Of a DNA stretch of 64,000 nt, positions 44,539-54,988 are shown in pieces (positions within the stretch are counted from its first letter, which is position 1; the number at the start of each line of letters is the position of its first letter). This DNA is from Phyllobates terribilis. Its lineage: Eukaryota. The translations under genes and the position numbers were made by a program. The notes beneath the pieces are model-generated. The model saw only the letters and a program-made list of their open reading frames with translations, was not told the origin of the DNA and searched no databases. The stretch spans positions 293,074,001-293,138,000 of the forward strand of contig NW_027362764.1 in NCBI RefSeq assembly GCF_046119375.1, in the 5' to 3' direction.

Positions 44539-46614
44539 ATGGTCCCCTTTGAGCCCCACGGCCCTTTGCTCTCGGAGACATTTGAATCCTTGTCTGGCGA
44601 ATACGTGCACCAAGGAAAAAAATTTTCTCAAGCTGAAGTCCAGGCGATTTACGCACCAGCCCAAATGGAACTATCAGCACTCGTTCCTTCGGATCCACCA
44701 CGGTACTATGGGGATCCAAAACAAAGTCGTGCATTTGTGGAGCAATGCATGCTGCATTACAAATTCTATGCTCACTATTTTCCCACCGATCGGGTTAAAG
44801 TAGCATTTCTGATGTCCTACTTAGCGGGTGATGCCTTGAATTGGATCACCCCCCTATGGGAAGCATGGGATCCTATCGTCTCTGACCTGCAGGCCTTCCT
44901 GGTGGCCTTTCTAATGGTCTTCGATGACCCTAACCCTGAAGCTTCTGCTAAAGCTTCCCTTCCCAATGTCGTGGAGCAGTTCCGATGGGTGATGCGTGTA
45001 GGTAGCCCACCAGTTCCCCAGCCAGAAGAGGCTGCTGCCAACACAGCATCCACACAGGATGACAATGCTCCACAGAATACTTCCCTTCCCAGCCTCAAGA
45101 GGCAGTCCAGACGTGCAAGGCGTAGAGGTAAACCGTCACGTCAGGTTCTGTCCTCCCAAAGACCTCCTGTTCCCCAGCCTGTAGAGGCAGCTATCCGCAC
45201 AGAATCCATGAAGGTTGACCATGTTCGTCAGGCAAAGCAGAGGCCGGAACTCAGTCACAAAATCGGATTGCGGTCCCGCTGCAGTTGTTTGGACCACCCT
45301 GACGGTCTTTGTCCTGTGAAGGTTGAAGAATCCCAAGACATTAGGCCTGTAGGAGAGGCTGCCCTTGGCGTTAGTGTTTCCTCCCCACAGATGACCATGA
45401 CTGTCTCCATGGCAAGTGAAGGCCTCGGATTAACCGGAAGTTTCGGGCTTAAAGCCTTGAAGAGTCGGTGTCTGATTCCCGTCCGAGAACTCCAGAATCC
45501 GGTTTGGGCATTGTCAGCGGAAGGACGAGCCCTACTCAGAAACAGTCAGAATATGTCTGTACAAATTAAGCTCCAGATTGGAGCATTACACATGAAGAAG
45601 TTCACATTCCAGGTGCTGTCTGGTTTACCCAAAGGTCGTCCAGAGCCGAGAGATCTAGTGCCCGCTCAGGTCTGGAGATCCTGCATGGTGATTCCTGGGG
45701 GACTGCTGAGGTACAAGGGTTGTCCAGTCCCCATATCTTCAGGACAGTCAGCAGTGTCTTCTTCTTCTTCTTCACCAGATCAGCTAGTCGCTGACTCGCT
45801 GGGCGCTGAAGTCTCCGAAGGAAGGGAAGCGGAGGCAATGTCCCCACACAATCTCGACGATTGTACCAATGATCTGACTTCAGGTACTGCCCCGCCTCGC
45901 AGACGTGTCATCTCTGAAACCAGACTGAAGTTGGTCCCAAAGCAAGGATACTCCATCCCTAATAAATCTGGCAATAAGTCCATCAAGGCGGTGGCTTCCT
46001 CCAAGTCTCTGCACCCCTCCAACCAGGTGGAGGACCTCCAGTTGTCTCCTGAATCCTCCGGGGTGCTACCTGATAACAAAGGGAGAGAGACTTTTCTACA
46101 CCCTGTACCTAATACTTCACCCACTTCTTCCAGTAAGCTTGGCAAAGTGTACGTCAAGGCGGTGGTTCCCCCCGAGTCTCTGCACCCCTCCAACCTGGTG
46201 GAGGATCTCCAGTTGTCCCGTGAATCTTCTGGGGTGCTACCCAATATTAATAAATGGAGAGAGACTTTCCTGTGTCCTGTTCCTGGTACTTCACCCACTT
46301 CATCTGTTGCTGAGGATGGCTCGATGGGAGAAAGCATCCTAGTCACCAAGATGATGAGACCGGATTCGTTCCCTCTAGTGGACAGAAGAGGTAATCTTCT
46401 TGAAGAGAAGGATCGGCCTCCAAATTCTCTGCAGAAAATCCTTGCAGGCTTGAAGAAGAGCAGGCGTAAGGGGGGGGTACTGGAACATCCCTGGAGGCGT
46501 GCTGGCATGGCTTACCACCTCCCACCATGCAAGACCGCCATCTTACCTATCAGTCCAGGCTGCACACTTTGCTCCAGTACCTGCTGTGTGCATGTCTCAT
46601 GTCTGATTGCTTAG
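44539..46614 (+). CDS. 691-aa Gag fused in frame to eroded protease, RT N-tip, duplicated integrase C-terminus and chromodomain relic
   Basis: PPRYYGDP..SRAFVEQC, FLMSYLAGDALNWITPLWE are gag-like. IKLQIGALH..FTFQVLSGL is protease-like without DSG. PHNLDDCTNDLTSGTAPPRRRV and SILVTK...FPLVD align with Gypsy-2 pol. Confidence 0.8.
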   Translation: MVPFEPHGPLLSETFESLSGEYVHQGKKFSQAEVQAIYAPAQMELSALVPSDPPRYYGDPKQSRAFVEQCMLHYKFYAHYFPTDRVKVAFLMSYLAGDALNWITPLWEAWDPIVSDLQAFLVAFLMVFDDPNPEASAKASLPNVVEQFRWVMRVGSPPVPQPEEAAANTASTQDDNAPQNTSLPSLKRQSRRARRRGKPSRQVLSSQRPPVPQPVEAAIRTESMKVDHVRQAKQRPELSHKIGLRSRCSCLDHPDGLCPVKVEESQDIRPVGEAALGVSVSSPQMTMTVSMASEGLGLTGSFGLKALKSRCLIPVRELQNPVWALSAEGRALLRNSQNMSVQIKLQIGALHMKKFTFQVLSGLPKGRPEPRDLVPAQVWRSCMVIPGGLLRYKGCPVPISSGQSAVSSSSSSPDQLVADSLGAEVSEGREAEAMSPHNLDDCTNDLTSGTAPPRRRVISETRLKLVPKQGYSIPNKSGNKSIKAVASSKSLHPSNQVEDLQLSPESSGVLPDNKGRETFLHPVPNTSPTSSSKLGKVYVKAVVPPESLHPSNLVEDLQLSRESSGVLPNINKWRETFLCPVPGTSPTSSVAEDGSMGESILVTKMMRPDSFPLVDRRGNLLEEKDRPPNSLQKILAGLKKSRRKGGVLEHPWRRAGMAYHLPPCKTAILPISPGCTLCSSTCCVHVSCLIA

Positions 46615-47164
46615 GGCGGCGGCGCGGTTACTGCCTGATTCTTATAGTTACTGTGTGCGCACTCCTAATGCGTCCCCAGCCTATTGCTGTGAGTCACTGG
46701 ATACTTAAACCCCCTCCACCCAGTAGGAGGTGCCTGAGCAACACTTTCTTTCAGTGTGTTCTGTGCAACTGAGTTGCCAGGTCCTATCCTGTATCTTGTC
46801 TGTTTCCGCCACCCTGGGGGCTGAATACCCAGGCCTGTTACCTGTATCTGTGACTTCTAGTCTGCTCCGCCACCCTGGGGGCTGTATACCCAGGCCTGTT
46901 ACCTGTATCTGTGACTTCTAGTCTGTTTCCGCCACCCTGGGGGCTGAGTTCCCAGGCTCGTTCCTGTATCTTGTTCCTGGTTCAGTTCCTGTTTGAACTG
47001 TGTCCTAGCCTGTTACCTGTTTTGTCTCTATGTCCGAACCTTCCCTTTTCCTGCAGTGTCTGAACCTGCACCTAACTCCTACTCGTTGTCTCTGTACTTC
47101 TGTTTGTGAGTTTTGTGTCCACTCGCTACTTCATTGCAAGTACCTTGTTTGTATCTGGTTCTGC

Positions 47165-47650
47165 TTGTCCACCGCACCTGCGGTTTCGCTCTGCTCTGCT
47201 TGTCCACCGCACCTGTGGTTTCACTCTGCTCGTCCACCGCACCTGCGGTTTCTCTCTGCTCTGCTTGTCTACCGCACCTGCGGTTTCGCTCTGCTTGTTC
47301 ACTGCACCTGCGGTTTCACTCTGCTCTGCTTGTCCACCGCACCTGCAGTTTCGCTCTGCTCTGCTTGTTCACCGCACCTGCGGTTTGGCTCTGCTCTGCT
47401 TGTCCACCTCACCTGCGGTTTCGCTCTGCTCTGCTTGTCCACCACACCTGCAGTTTTGCTCTGCTTGTCCACCGCACCTGCGGTTTCGCTCCGCTCTGCT
47501 TGTCCACTGCACCTGCGGTTTCGCTCTGCTCTGCTTGCCCACCGCACCTGCAGTTTCGCTCTGCTCTTCTTGTCCACCGCACCTACGGTTTCGCTCTGTT
47601 CTGCTCCACTTGTCCTCCGCGCCTGCGGTTCTGCTCTGCTAGTCCACCGC
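47165..47650. repeat. 35-bp minisatellite in the Gypsy-3 3' LTR
   Basis: Same unit with different copy number and unit variants. Confidence 0.93.
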
Positions 47651-48504
47651 ACCCGAGGCTCTGTACCTGTATCCCAGTCTGTACTGGTCCCTATCCAGCC
47701 TGCGTTCCTACCTGCCAGTATCTGCCAGTCTGCATACTAGCCGTGCCTGCCAGTAGCCGCTTGCCTGCATACCAGCCGTGCTTGCCAGTACCCACCTGTC
47801 TGCATACCAGCTGTGCCTGCCCATTCCTGCATTCTCCAGTGTGGGTCAACAGCTGTCACCGGGGTCTGACCTGTAGTAGCACCTGGTCCCTCTGCTCGGT
47901 TCCTCCCTGGTTCACGGAGTCGACTGAGCCGCCGTGCGACCTTGGTCGGACCGAGTTGATACTTAGTCACGCCCCTCCAGGCACTCCTCGGTTCATGGTC
48001 CAGTGGAATCACTAACCACGCTCACGCCAGTCAGTCCGGGCGTGTGCGTAACAATGGCTCAATAAAAGGTATGTTTTATTCAAGTTTATAGCCTGATACG
48101 GTGGATCATTCCTCCTATTTTCTGATTCATGAACCAGCCTGCTCTCGCTGGATCCGAGCGAGGCTGAGACTGCACACCCCAATAGTGAGCGGACTTTACT
48201 TACCTTTTTTTCTTATATCGCAATAATGGTACATACTGTATATAGCAAAGTCTCATAGGATATGTAGTCTCATAGTAAACAATTAAATAAATAAATATAA
48301 GTGCTAAATGCAATGTGAACCATAATGACATTGACTGGAAAAAATACATCAAAGTATATCTGTGACATAATAAATGCAAGACCTTATATAAATGGGAAGC
48401 TGGCCCATAGAAATGATGAATAGTAGCTAATGGTAAATAGATAAATATGGGACAGAGGGCATAACAACAATTCACAGTGATGGAAAAGTGAAAAAAGTGA
48501 TAAA

Positions 48505-48635
48505 ATGATAAAATGCTGGTGCAAGGTCAAGGGGGAGACCCCAACGCACGTTTTGCGTTTGCTTTCCCATGAGAAAGCACATGCAAATTGCGCATTGGGA
48601 GTCTCCCCATGGACCTTGCACCAGCACTTTATCAT
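48505..48635. repeat. Older imperfect palindrome centred on a hammerhead-like CATG core
   Basis: ATGATAAAATGCTGGTGCAAGGTC...GCTTTCC-CATG-AGAAAGC...GACCTTGCACCAGCACTTTATCAT; centre 48569/48570. Confidence 0.75.
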
Positions 48636-50089
48636 TATAGCATCATTATAGTCATTGGCCCCGTCCATGCATATGCCCGAATCTAGTTTTTGGACGTGAA
48701 CCTCTACAGAGCCATTGAATGTAGTGGCAAATGCTACGTGAATCCATCCTTAATCACTTAGTCACTGTGTTTTCCAAATTTTACAAACCATATTATTTAT
48801 GTGCCATAACGTTTGTCCATGCTTGCAATAAAAAACACTTGTTCTCTAGATATCTAGTTTCTTATTTTTCCCTTCAATGTCCATGTATTTTACATTTATA
48901 CATCTTGCCACTAGAGGACGATCTATTATTACAAATAGCCTCATTGTTGACTGCAGTAAAATGTGTTACTTCATTCTAAAAGAAGGTGCACAGAAGCAAT
49001 ATATCAACGATATACTGTAAAAGCATAGTAGAACGGGAGACTTCTCTTACATACTGTTGATGTTCGTCATGAATCAATATAGGTACTTATTCAGACAGTT
49101 ATTTTGGTTCGTACTCCTATGATGGAAGCCAAAACAACTGTGACTGGATACTCAGTGTGAAAGTGTTTATGATTATGCTACTGAACTAGTAGCAGTACTG
49201 AGAACTAAAGTCTGCTTCCAGGAATAAAATACTCGGATTTGTGTCTACCATATTGTACGATAACACTAGAGATTATTCCTGCTTTATTGTGATGTTTATT
49301 AAAAGCATACAATTATAAACATGGTTGAAAATTATTATTAATAATACTGTTATCTTACCATGAAGCCCTGGTTTAGACTGACTAAGAACAACAGATGCAT
49401 GGAGTTTGTATGTTCTCACTGGTTATATTCAGTTTCCTCTCACACTCCAGAATCATGGACTAAATGTTAAGCGGTTACTGTATTGTAGAATATTCTATTG
49501 TAGAATGTATTGATCAGCCATTATAGTGATGTTTTTTTCTTCTTATCAGTGGTTTGCACAAACATGTCTCTCTGTTGACCGATTTGTGGGCCTTACTCTG
49601 CCATTCAAATGAGTGGGTCTGAGAAAAAGACCACACGTGGATGTCATCTTTGTTGCACCTATTTGCTGTTTGGATTTCACTGATTGGTTCCTAGGGGAAG
49701 CTTGGTAGACATCCATCAGTTGTTGTTGTTTTTTGCATACTTGAAAAGTGAATCTTTACTTGCAACAAAAACAGGTCTGACCCATTGAGGCACACACTTC
49801 ACAAGCGCTCTGAAGATGTCAAACCCCAAAATTTTGCAGCTGATTCTTTACATTTTTTGAGTTGCAAAGTGGAGCCTTTATGACTTGTCTTAACATATCC
49901 CGCAGATGCTTAATAAGATTGAGATCTAGGGAATTTGGAAGCCAAGTCAGCACCTTGAAGTTGTTGTTAAACTATACAATTTTTGCAATGTGGCTGAGAT
50001 CATTCTTCTCAGAGAGGCCATTGTTATTAGTGTGTCAATTTTCGTAAAATGCCTGTGAGAATTCCAGAAAAAGGAGTGACCTTCTGGAC

Positions 50090-50523
50090 TCCTTGATGAT
50101 TCTGTAAATCTCCAAGTCCCACCAAAATCCCCCAGAAACAAGGGATTCTGGAAGATTTCTTGAGCCCTAGTATTTAATTGCATATTCAGGGAAACCTAGA
50201 ATATGTAGACATATGGGAAATGTTATTTATTAACTATTTTGTGTGACATATCTCTCTGATTTAAGGGCATAAGAATTCAAAGTTTGAAAATTGCAAAATT
50301 GTCAACATTTTTGCCAAATTTCCATTTTTTTTCACAAATAAATAAGTCATATCTATTAAATTTTACCACTATCATGAAGTACAATATGTCACGAAAAAAC
50401 AGTCCGAGAATCAGTGGGATCCATTGAAATGTTCCAAAGTTATTCCCTCTTAAAGTGACAATGGTCAGAATTGTAAAATTTGGCTTGGTCATTAAGGACA
50501 TAATTGGTTCCATCACTAAGGGG
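50090..50523. mobile_element. Right-end fragment of a piggyBac-like element
   Basis: Similar to 25560-25905; ends AAGGGG|TTAA. The left boundary is approximate. Confidence 0.7.
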
Positions 50524-51240
50524 TTAAAATGCACCACATTCATCCTAGTGGTTCATGCAGGTCAATAAATCTGGCATATTTTAGTGCTGTCTAGTCTAAG
50601 GTCCTGATTCATTAAGACCCCAATGTTCATGCCAGTGGTGATGGGCGGGCGAGCTGGAGTCAGACGCTCCTGATTCATTATGTGGCGTACACTTATTAAT
50701 GAATCAGAGGCATTTGACAAGTGGTGTACTTGTCCATGTGCCACATCACCAATCTTACTCCAGTCAGAGACTGGAGTAAGATTTCTGGTGTAACTTACAC
50801 CATAGCTCGTCATGAATTAGACAACCAGTGGCGTCATGCCACCCCCGCTCTGCATAATTTCTGCCCCATTTTGGCAGAGATGGGTAAAATTCCCATGAAA
50901 ACTCTGAGTTGCGCAAAAATGTGACTTTTTAAAGCAATTTACTTGCATAATTGCGTGTAGGTCACACCCCTTTTCAAGCTAAATGTGACAGAATTCTGGC
51001 ATAATTTGTGCCCAAAACTGTCATCATATTTATTATTTATTTTAGGCACTTTTTGAGCCTTGCTCGCTTAGACCATGCCCCCTCATTGGGCGAAACAAAG
51101 AAAGTGCCTAAAATAATTAATTTGGTGAAAGACACACAAGACACTTTTTTGCGAATTATACCAGAATTCTGGCACATTAAGCTTGATAAAACTCCCCACT
51201 GTGTTCATTAGTTTATTATACTGCCATTATGCAACCATAA

Positions 51241-52186
51241 GGCTAAGTGCCCACGATGCAGAAATGCTGCAGATTTTTCCTCATCTCCCTGGCAGGAAAA
51301 ACGCATGCAGATTTCACATGCGTCTTTCCTGCCAGGTAGAAGCGTTTGTCAAGCGTTTTTGCATGCATTTCTGCATGCAGGTTATCAAGCGCTTTTCCAA
51401 GCGATTTTAGCATCACTTGGAAAAGTGCTTGACAACTTGGTCACACTATATAAATCCATGCAACCGGCATGGATTTATATAGGGTGACCAAGTTAATAGT
51501 TAAAAAAAAGAATAAAAATGGTAAAAAATAAAAAATCAACATTATACTTACCTTCCGATGGCCCCCGGTCTTTTCTCCGCTGCGTCCGGTCTCTTGTACG
51601 GATCGCGATGGTCTAAAAGGATAAAAGGACCTGCGGTGATGTCATTTAGTCATGTGTCAGGTCACGCGACCGCTGACGTCGGCGGTCGCGTGACCTGTCA
51701 CATGACTAAATGACATCACCGCAGGTCCTTTTAGACCATGGCGAGCCATACAAGAGACCGGACGCAGCGAAAAGACCGGGGGCCATCAGAAGGTAAGTAT
51801 AATGTTTATTTTTTATTTTAAATTCTTTTTTCAGCAGGTACTATGGTACCTGGGTCTGGAGGAGAGTCTCCTCTTCTCCAAACCCGGGTACCATCCGCAC
51901 ATTGAATCACTTAATATCCGCATGTTCACATGTAGTCATGCAGATATTAAGCGATTCAATGCAAGTCAATGGCGGCAATTACGCTGCGTGTCTGCAAAAT
52001 TAATGGACATGCTGCGGATTTTTCCGCAATGATAATCCGCAGTGGAAATTTCCGCAGCATGTGCACAGTACATGCGGATTATCATTGGGGACCATGGGGC
52101 ACGTATTACCAAGCGTTTTTTAAGCGTTTTCGCTGCGGAAATTCCACAGCAAAAACACTTAAAAAACGCATAGTAGGCACGCAGCC
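51241..52186. mobile_element. PIF/Harbinger-type MITE with nested palindromes
   Basis: TAA flanks on both sides, imperfect TIRs GGCT..GTGCC.AC.ATGC, and an internal ~265-bp palindrome 51540-51804. Confidence 0.7.
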
Positions 52187-53191
52187 TAAGGGTATTTTTT
52201 ATTTATTTGCCATGTGTGTTAAATTGCCTAGGACTGAGGAGAAGACACAGCAGTGCAGGAACATTCAGTCATGCCCAGGGGATGTGACTGTAGCAGCTGA
52301 GGCCGGACTAGTCTCTGTGTGTAAACATCCAGACCAATCTGTCTTCATTTCCATACAGCGAATGGAATTTTAACATAATGTGTCCATGTATTGTATATAA
52401 CAATAAACACTATATAGCAGAAAAAGGCTCTAAAATGTGATGGAACCAGTTTCATTACAATTATGGAACCAGACAGGTTCCCTTGGGCTTTTTGGAGAAG
52501 ACAAATTAAAATATTTTGCTGTTTGTGCAACATCCAAAAGTTTTGGGGAGAAATTTAAAATATTTATTTGCAGTTCTGAACACCTCAACCAGGGTTAAAA
52601 AATCTGGATGATATGAGGTCTACATTTAGAGATGCTCAATTCAATTTGACCTGCCCTGGCCACAGTCCGCTCCTCTGTAGCAAGGTTTCTTCACTTCTGC
52701 AGATGGCATCCTAAGCCCTTCATACACTGACTCCAGGGGCTGCGAGATTGTTAGTATTTTAGGAATGAGGACTGGTTAAGTGAGGGATGGAGCTTCCTAT
52801 AAAACAATGTATTGGAAAATGTGGCTATATGGACATTAGATACTGCCATGCTGATTCAGTGGATTTACTTTGCCCCGTGACCGGGGGACTCTATGTAATC
52901 CAATACAAACAATAAAAATAGGATATATAATTTATAGGATAATTAGACAAAAAGGCAGTGGCCATGCAATGAGAACTTCTAATTACTATTCGGAAGCTGT
53001 TCTCACCACATAAGTCTTGCAGGTTCTTGATTAAAAGTCTAAAGTATTCTCAGTGCAGTTTGTACATAAGATTTATGTCATTGCATGTCCATGACTGGCA
53101 TATAAATCAGTCAGTAATGAGTCACATCGTTCTTAAACCTGAACTGCTTAATGCCTGTAATATAGTAATAAGATATTGTAAACTTTTACAG

Positions 53192-53299
53192 CTCTGAAAA
53201 TCGAGACATTTTCACTCAGGTCAGGGATGAAGTCATCGTCAGTTGTTCAATAACCTGTCTCGCCTTCATTTTCTCTTGGCATCAGGGATACGCAGAGAT
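53192..53299 (+). CDS. Candidate host coding exon (108 bp, phase 2-2): SENRDIFTQVRDEVIVSCSITCLAFIFSWHQGYAE
   Basis: Acceptor AAACTTTTACAG| and donor AT|GTATGT. Only one frame is open and the length is divisible by 3. Gene not recognised. Confidence 0.5.
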
Positions 53300-53415
53300 G
53301 TATGTTTTTGTCTTAACTATAAATGGTTAAAGATCTGCAATTAGACTTATAATAGCCTTTGTTCTAGTCTTCTCAATATAAGAGGAGGGTGAGGGTAAAG
53401 GTCACTTAAGATATA

Positions 53416-54988
53416 CAGTACAGACCAAAAGTTTGGACACACCTCATTTAAAGATTTTTCTGTATTTTCATGACTATGAAAATTGTACATTCACACTGAA
53501 GGCATCAAAACTATGAATTAACGCATGTGGAATTATATACTTAACAAAAAAGTGTGAAACAACTGAAAATATGTCTTATATTCTAGGTTCTTCAAAGTAG
53601 CCACCTTTTGCTTTGATGACTGCTTTGCACAGTCTTGGCATTCTCTTGATGAGCTTCAAGAGGTAGCCACCGGAAATGGTCTTCCAACAATCTTGAAGGA
53701 GTTCCCAGAGATGCTTAGCACTTGTTGGCCCTTTTGCCTTCACTCTGCGGTCCAGCTCACCCCAAACCATCTCGATTGGGTTCTGGTTTGGTGACTGTGG
53801 AGGCCAGGTCATCTGGCGTAGCACCCCATCACTCTCCTTCTTGGTCAAATAGCCCTTACACAGCCTGGAGGTGTGTTTGGGGTCATTGTCCTGTTGAAAA
53901 ATAAATGATGGTCCAACTAAACGCAAACCGGATGGAATAGCATGTCGCTGCAAGATGCTGTGGTTCAGTATGCCTTCAGTTTTGAATAAATCCCCAACAG
54001 TGTCACCAGCAAAGCACCCCCACACCATCACACCTCTTCCATGCTTCACGGTGAGAACCAGGCTTGTAGAGTCCATCCGTTCACCTTTTTTGCGTCGCAC
54101 AAAGACATGGTGGTTGGAACCAAAGATCTCAAATTTGGACTCATCAGACCAAAGCACGGATTTCCACTGGTCTAATGTCCATTCCTTGTGTTCTTTAGCC
54201 CAAACAAGTCTCTTCTGCGTGTTGCCTGTCCTTAGCAGTGGTTTCCTAGCAGCTATTTTACCATAAAGGCCTGCTGCACAAAGTCTCCTCTTAACAGTTG
54301 TTGTAGAGATGTTTCTGCTGCTAGAACTCTGTGTGGCATTGACCTGGTCTCTAATCTGTGCTGCTGTTAACCTGCGATTTCTGAGGCTGGTGACTCGGAT
54401 AAACTTATCCTCAGAAGCAAAGATGACTCTTGGTCTTCCTTTCCTGGAGCGGTCCTCATGTGAGCCAGTTTCTTTGTAGCGCTTGATAGTTTTTGCAACT
54501 GTACTTGGGGACACTTTCAAAGTTTGCCCAATTTTTCGGACTGACTCGTTTTTCTTTACTTAGCTGCTTTTTTCTTGCCATAATGCAAATTCTAACAGTC
54601 TATTCAGTAGGACTATCAGCTGTGTATCCACCTGACTTCTGCACAACACAACTGATGGTCCCAACTCCATTTATAAGGCATGAAATCCCACTTATTAAAC
54701 CTGACAGGGCACACCTGTGAAGTGAAAACCATTTCTGGTGACTACCTCTTGAAGCTCATCAAGAGAATGCCAAGAGTGTGCAAAGCAGTCATCAAAGCAA
54801 AAGGTGGCTACTTTGAAGAATATAAGACATATTTTCAGTTGTTTCACACTTTTTTGTTAAGTATATAATTCCACATGTGTTAATTCATAGTTTTGATGCC
54901 TTCAGTGTGAATGTACAATTTTCAAAGTCATGAAAATACAGAAAAATCTTTAAATGAGAAGGTGTGTCCAAACTTTTGGTCTGTACTA
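53416..54988 (-). mobile_element. Tc1 transposon (Tc1-C); transposase ORF 53576-54520 lacks its N-terminus
   Basis: TIRs CAGTACAGACCAAAAGTTTGGACACACC. WSDESKFEIFG, FQQDNDPKH, WPPQSPNQNPIE. Confidence 0.93.

Larger units (their letters stand above)
42842..48053 (+). mobile_element. Non-autonomous LTR retrotransposon (Gypsy-3)
   Basis: LTRs 42842-44525 and 46481-48053. 5-bp TSD ATGGC (42837-42841, 48054-48058). PPT AAGGGGGGGGTAC. No RT, RNase H or integrase core. Confidence 0.95.
42574..48213. mobile_element. ORF-less fold-back element with hammerhead-like cores (~420 bp once Gypsy-3 is removed)
   Basis: 168-bp arms centred on T42742; the right arm continues at 48059-48127; 86-bp tail. 14-bp TSD TATATCGCAATAAT (42563-42576, 48214-48227). 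Confidence 0.85.

Noticed and set aside
48915-49230. Protein-like reading after a possible acceptor (GRSIITNSLIVDC...)
   Set aside because: Several in-frame stops, no good donor and no recognisable homology.
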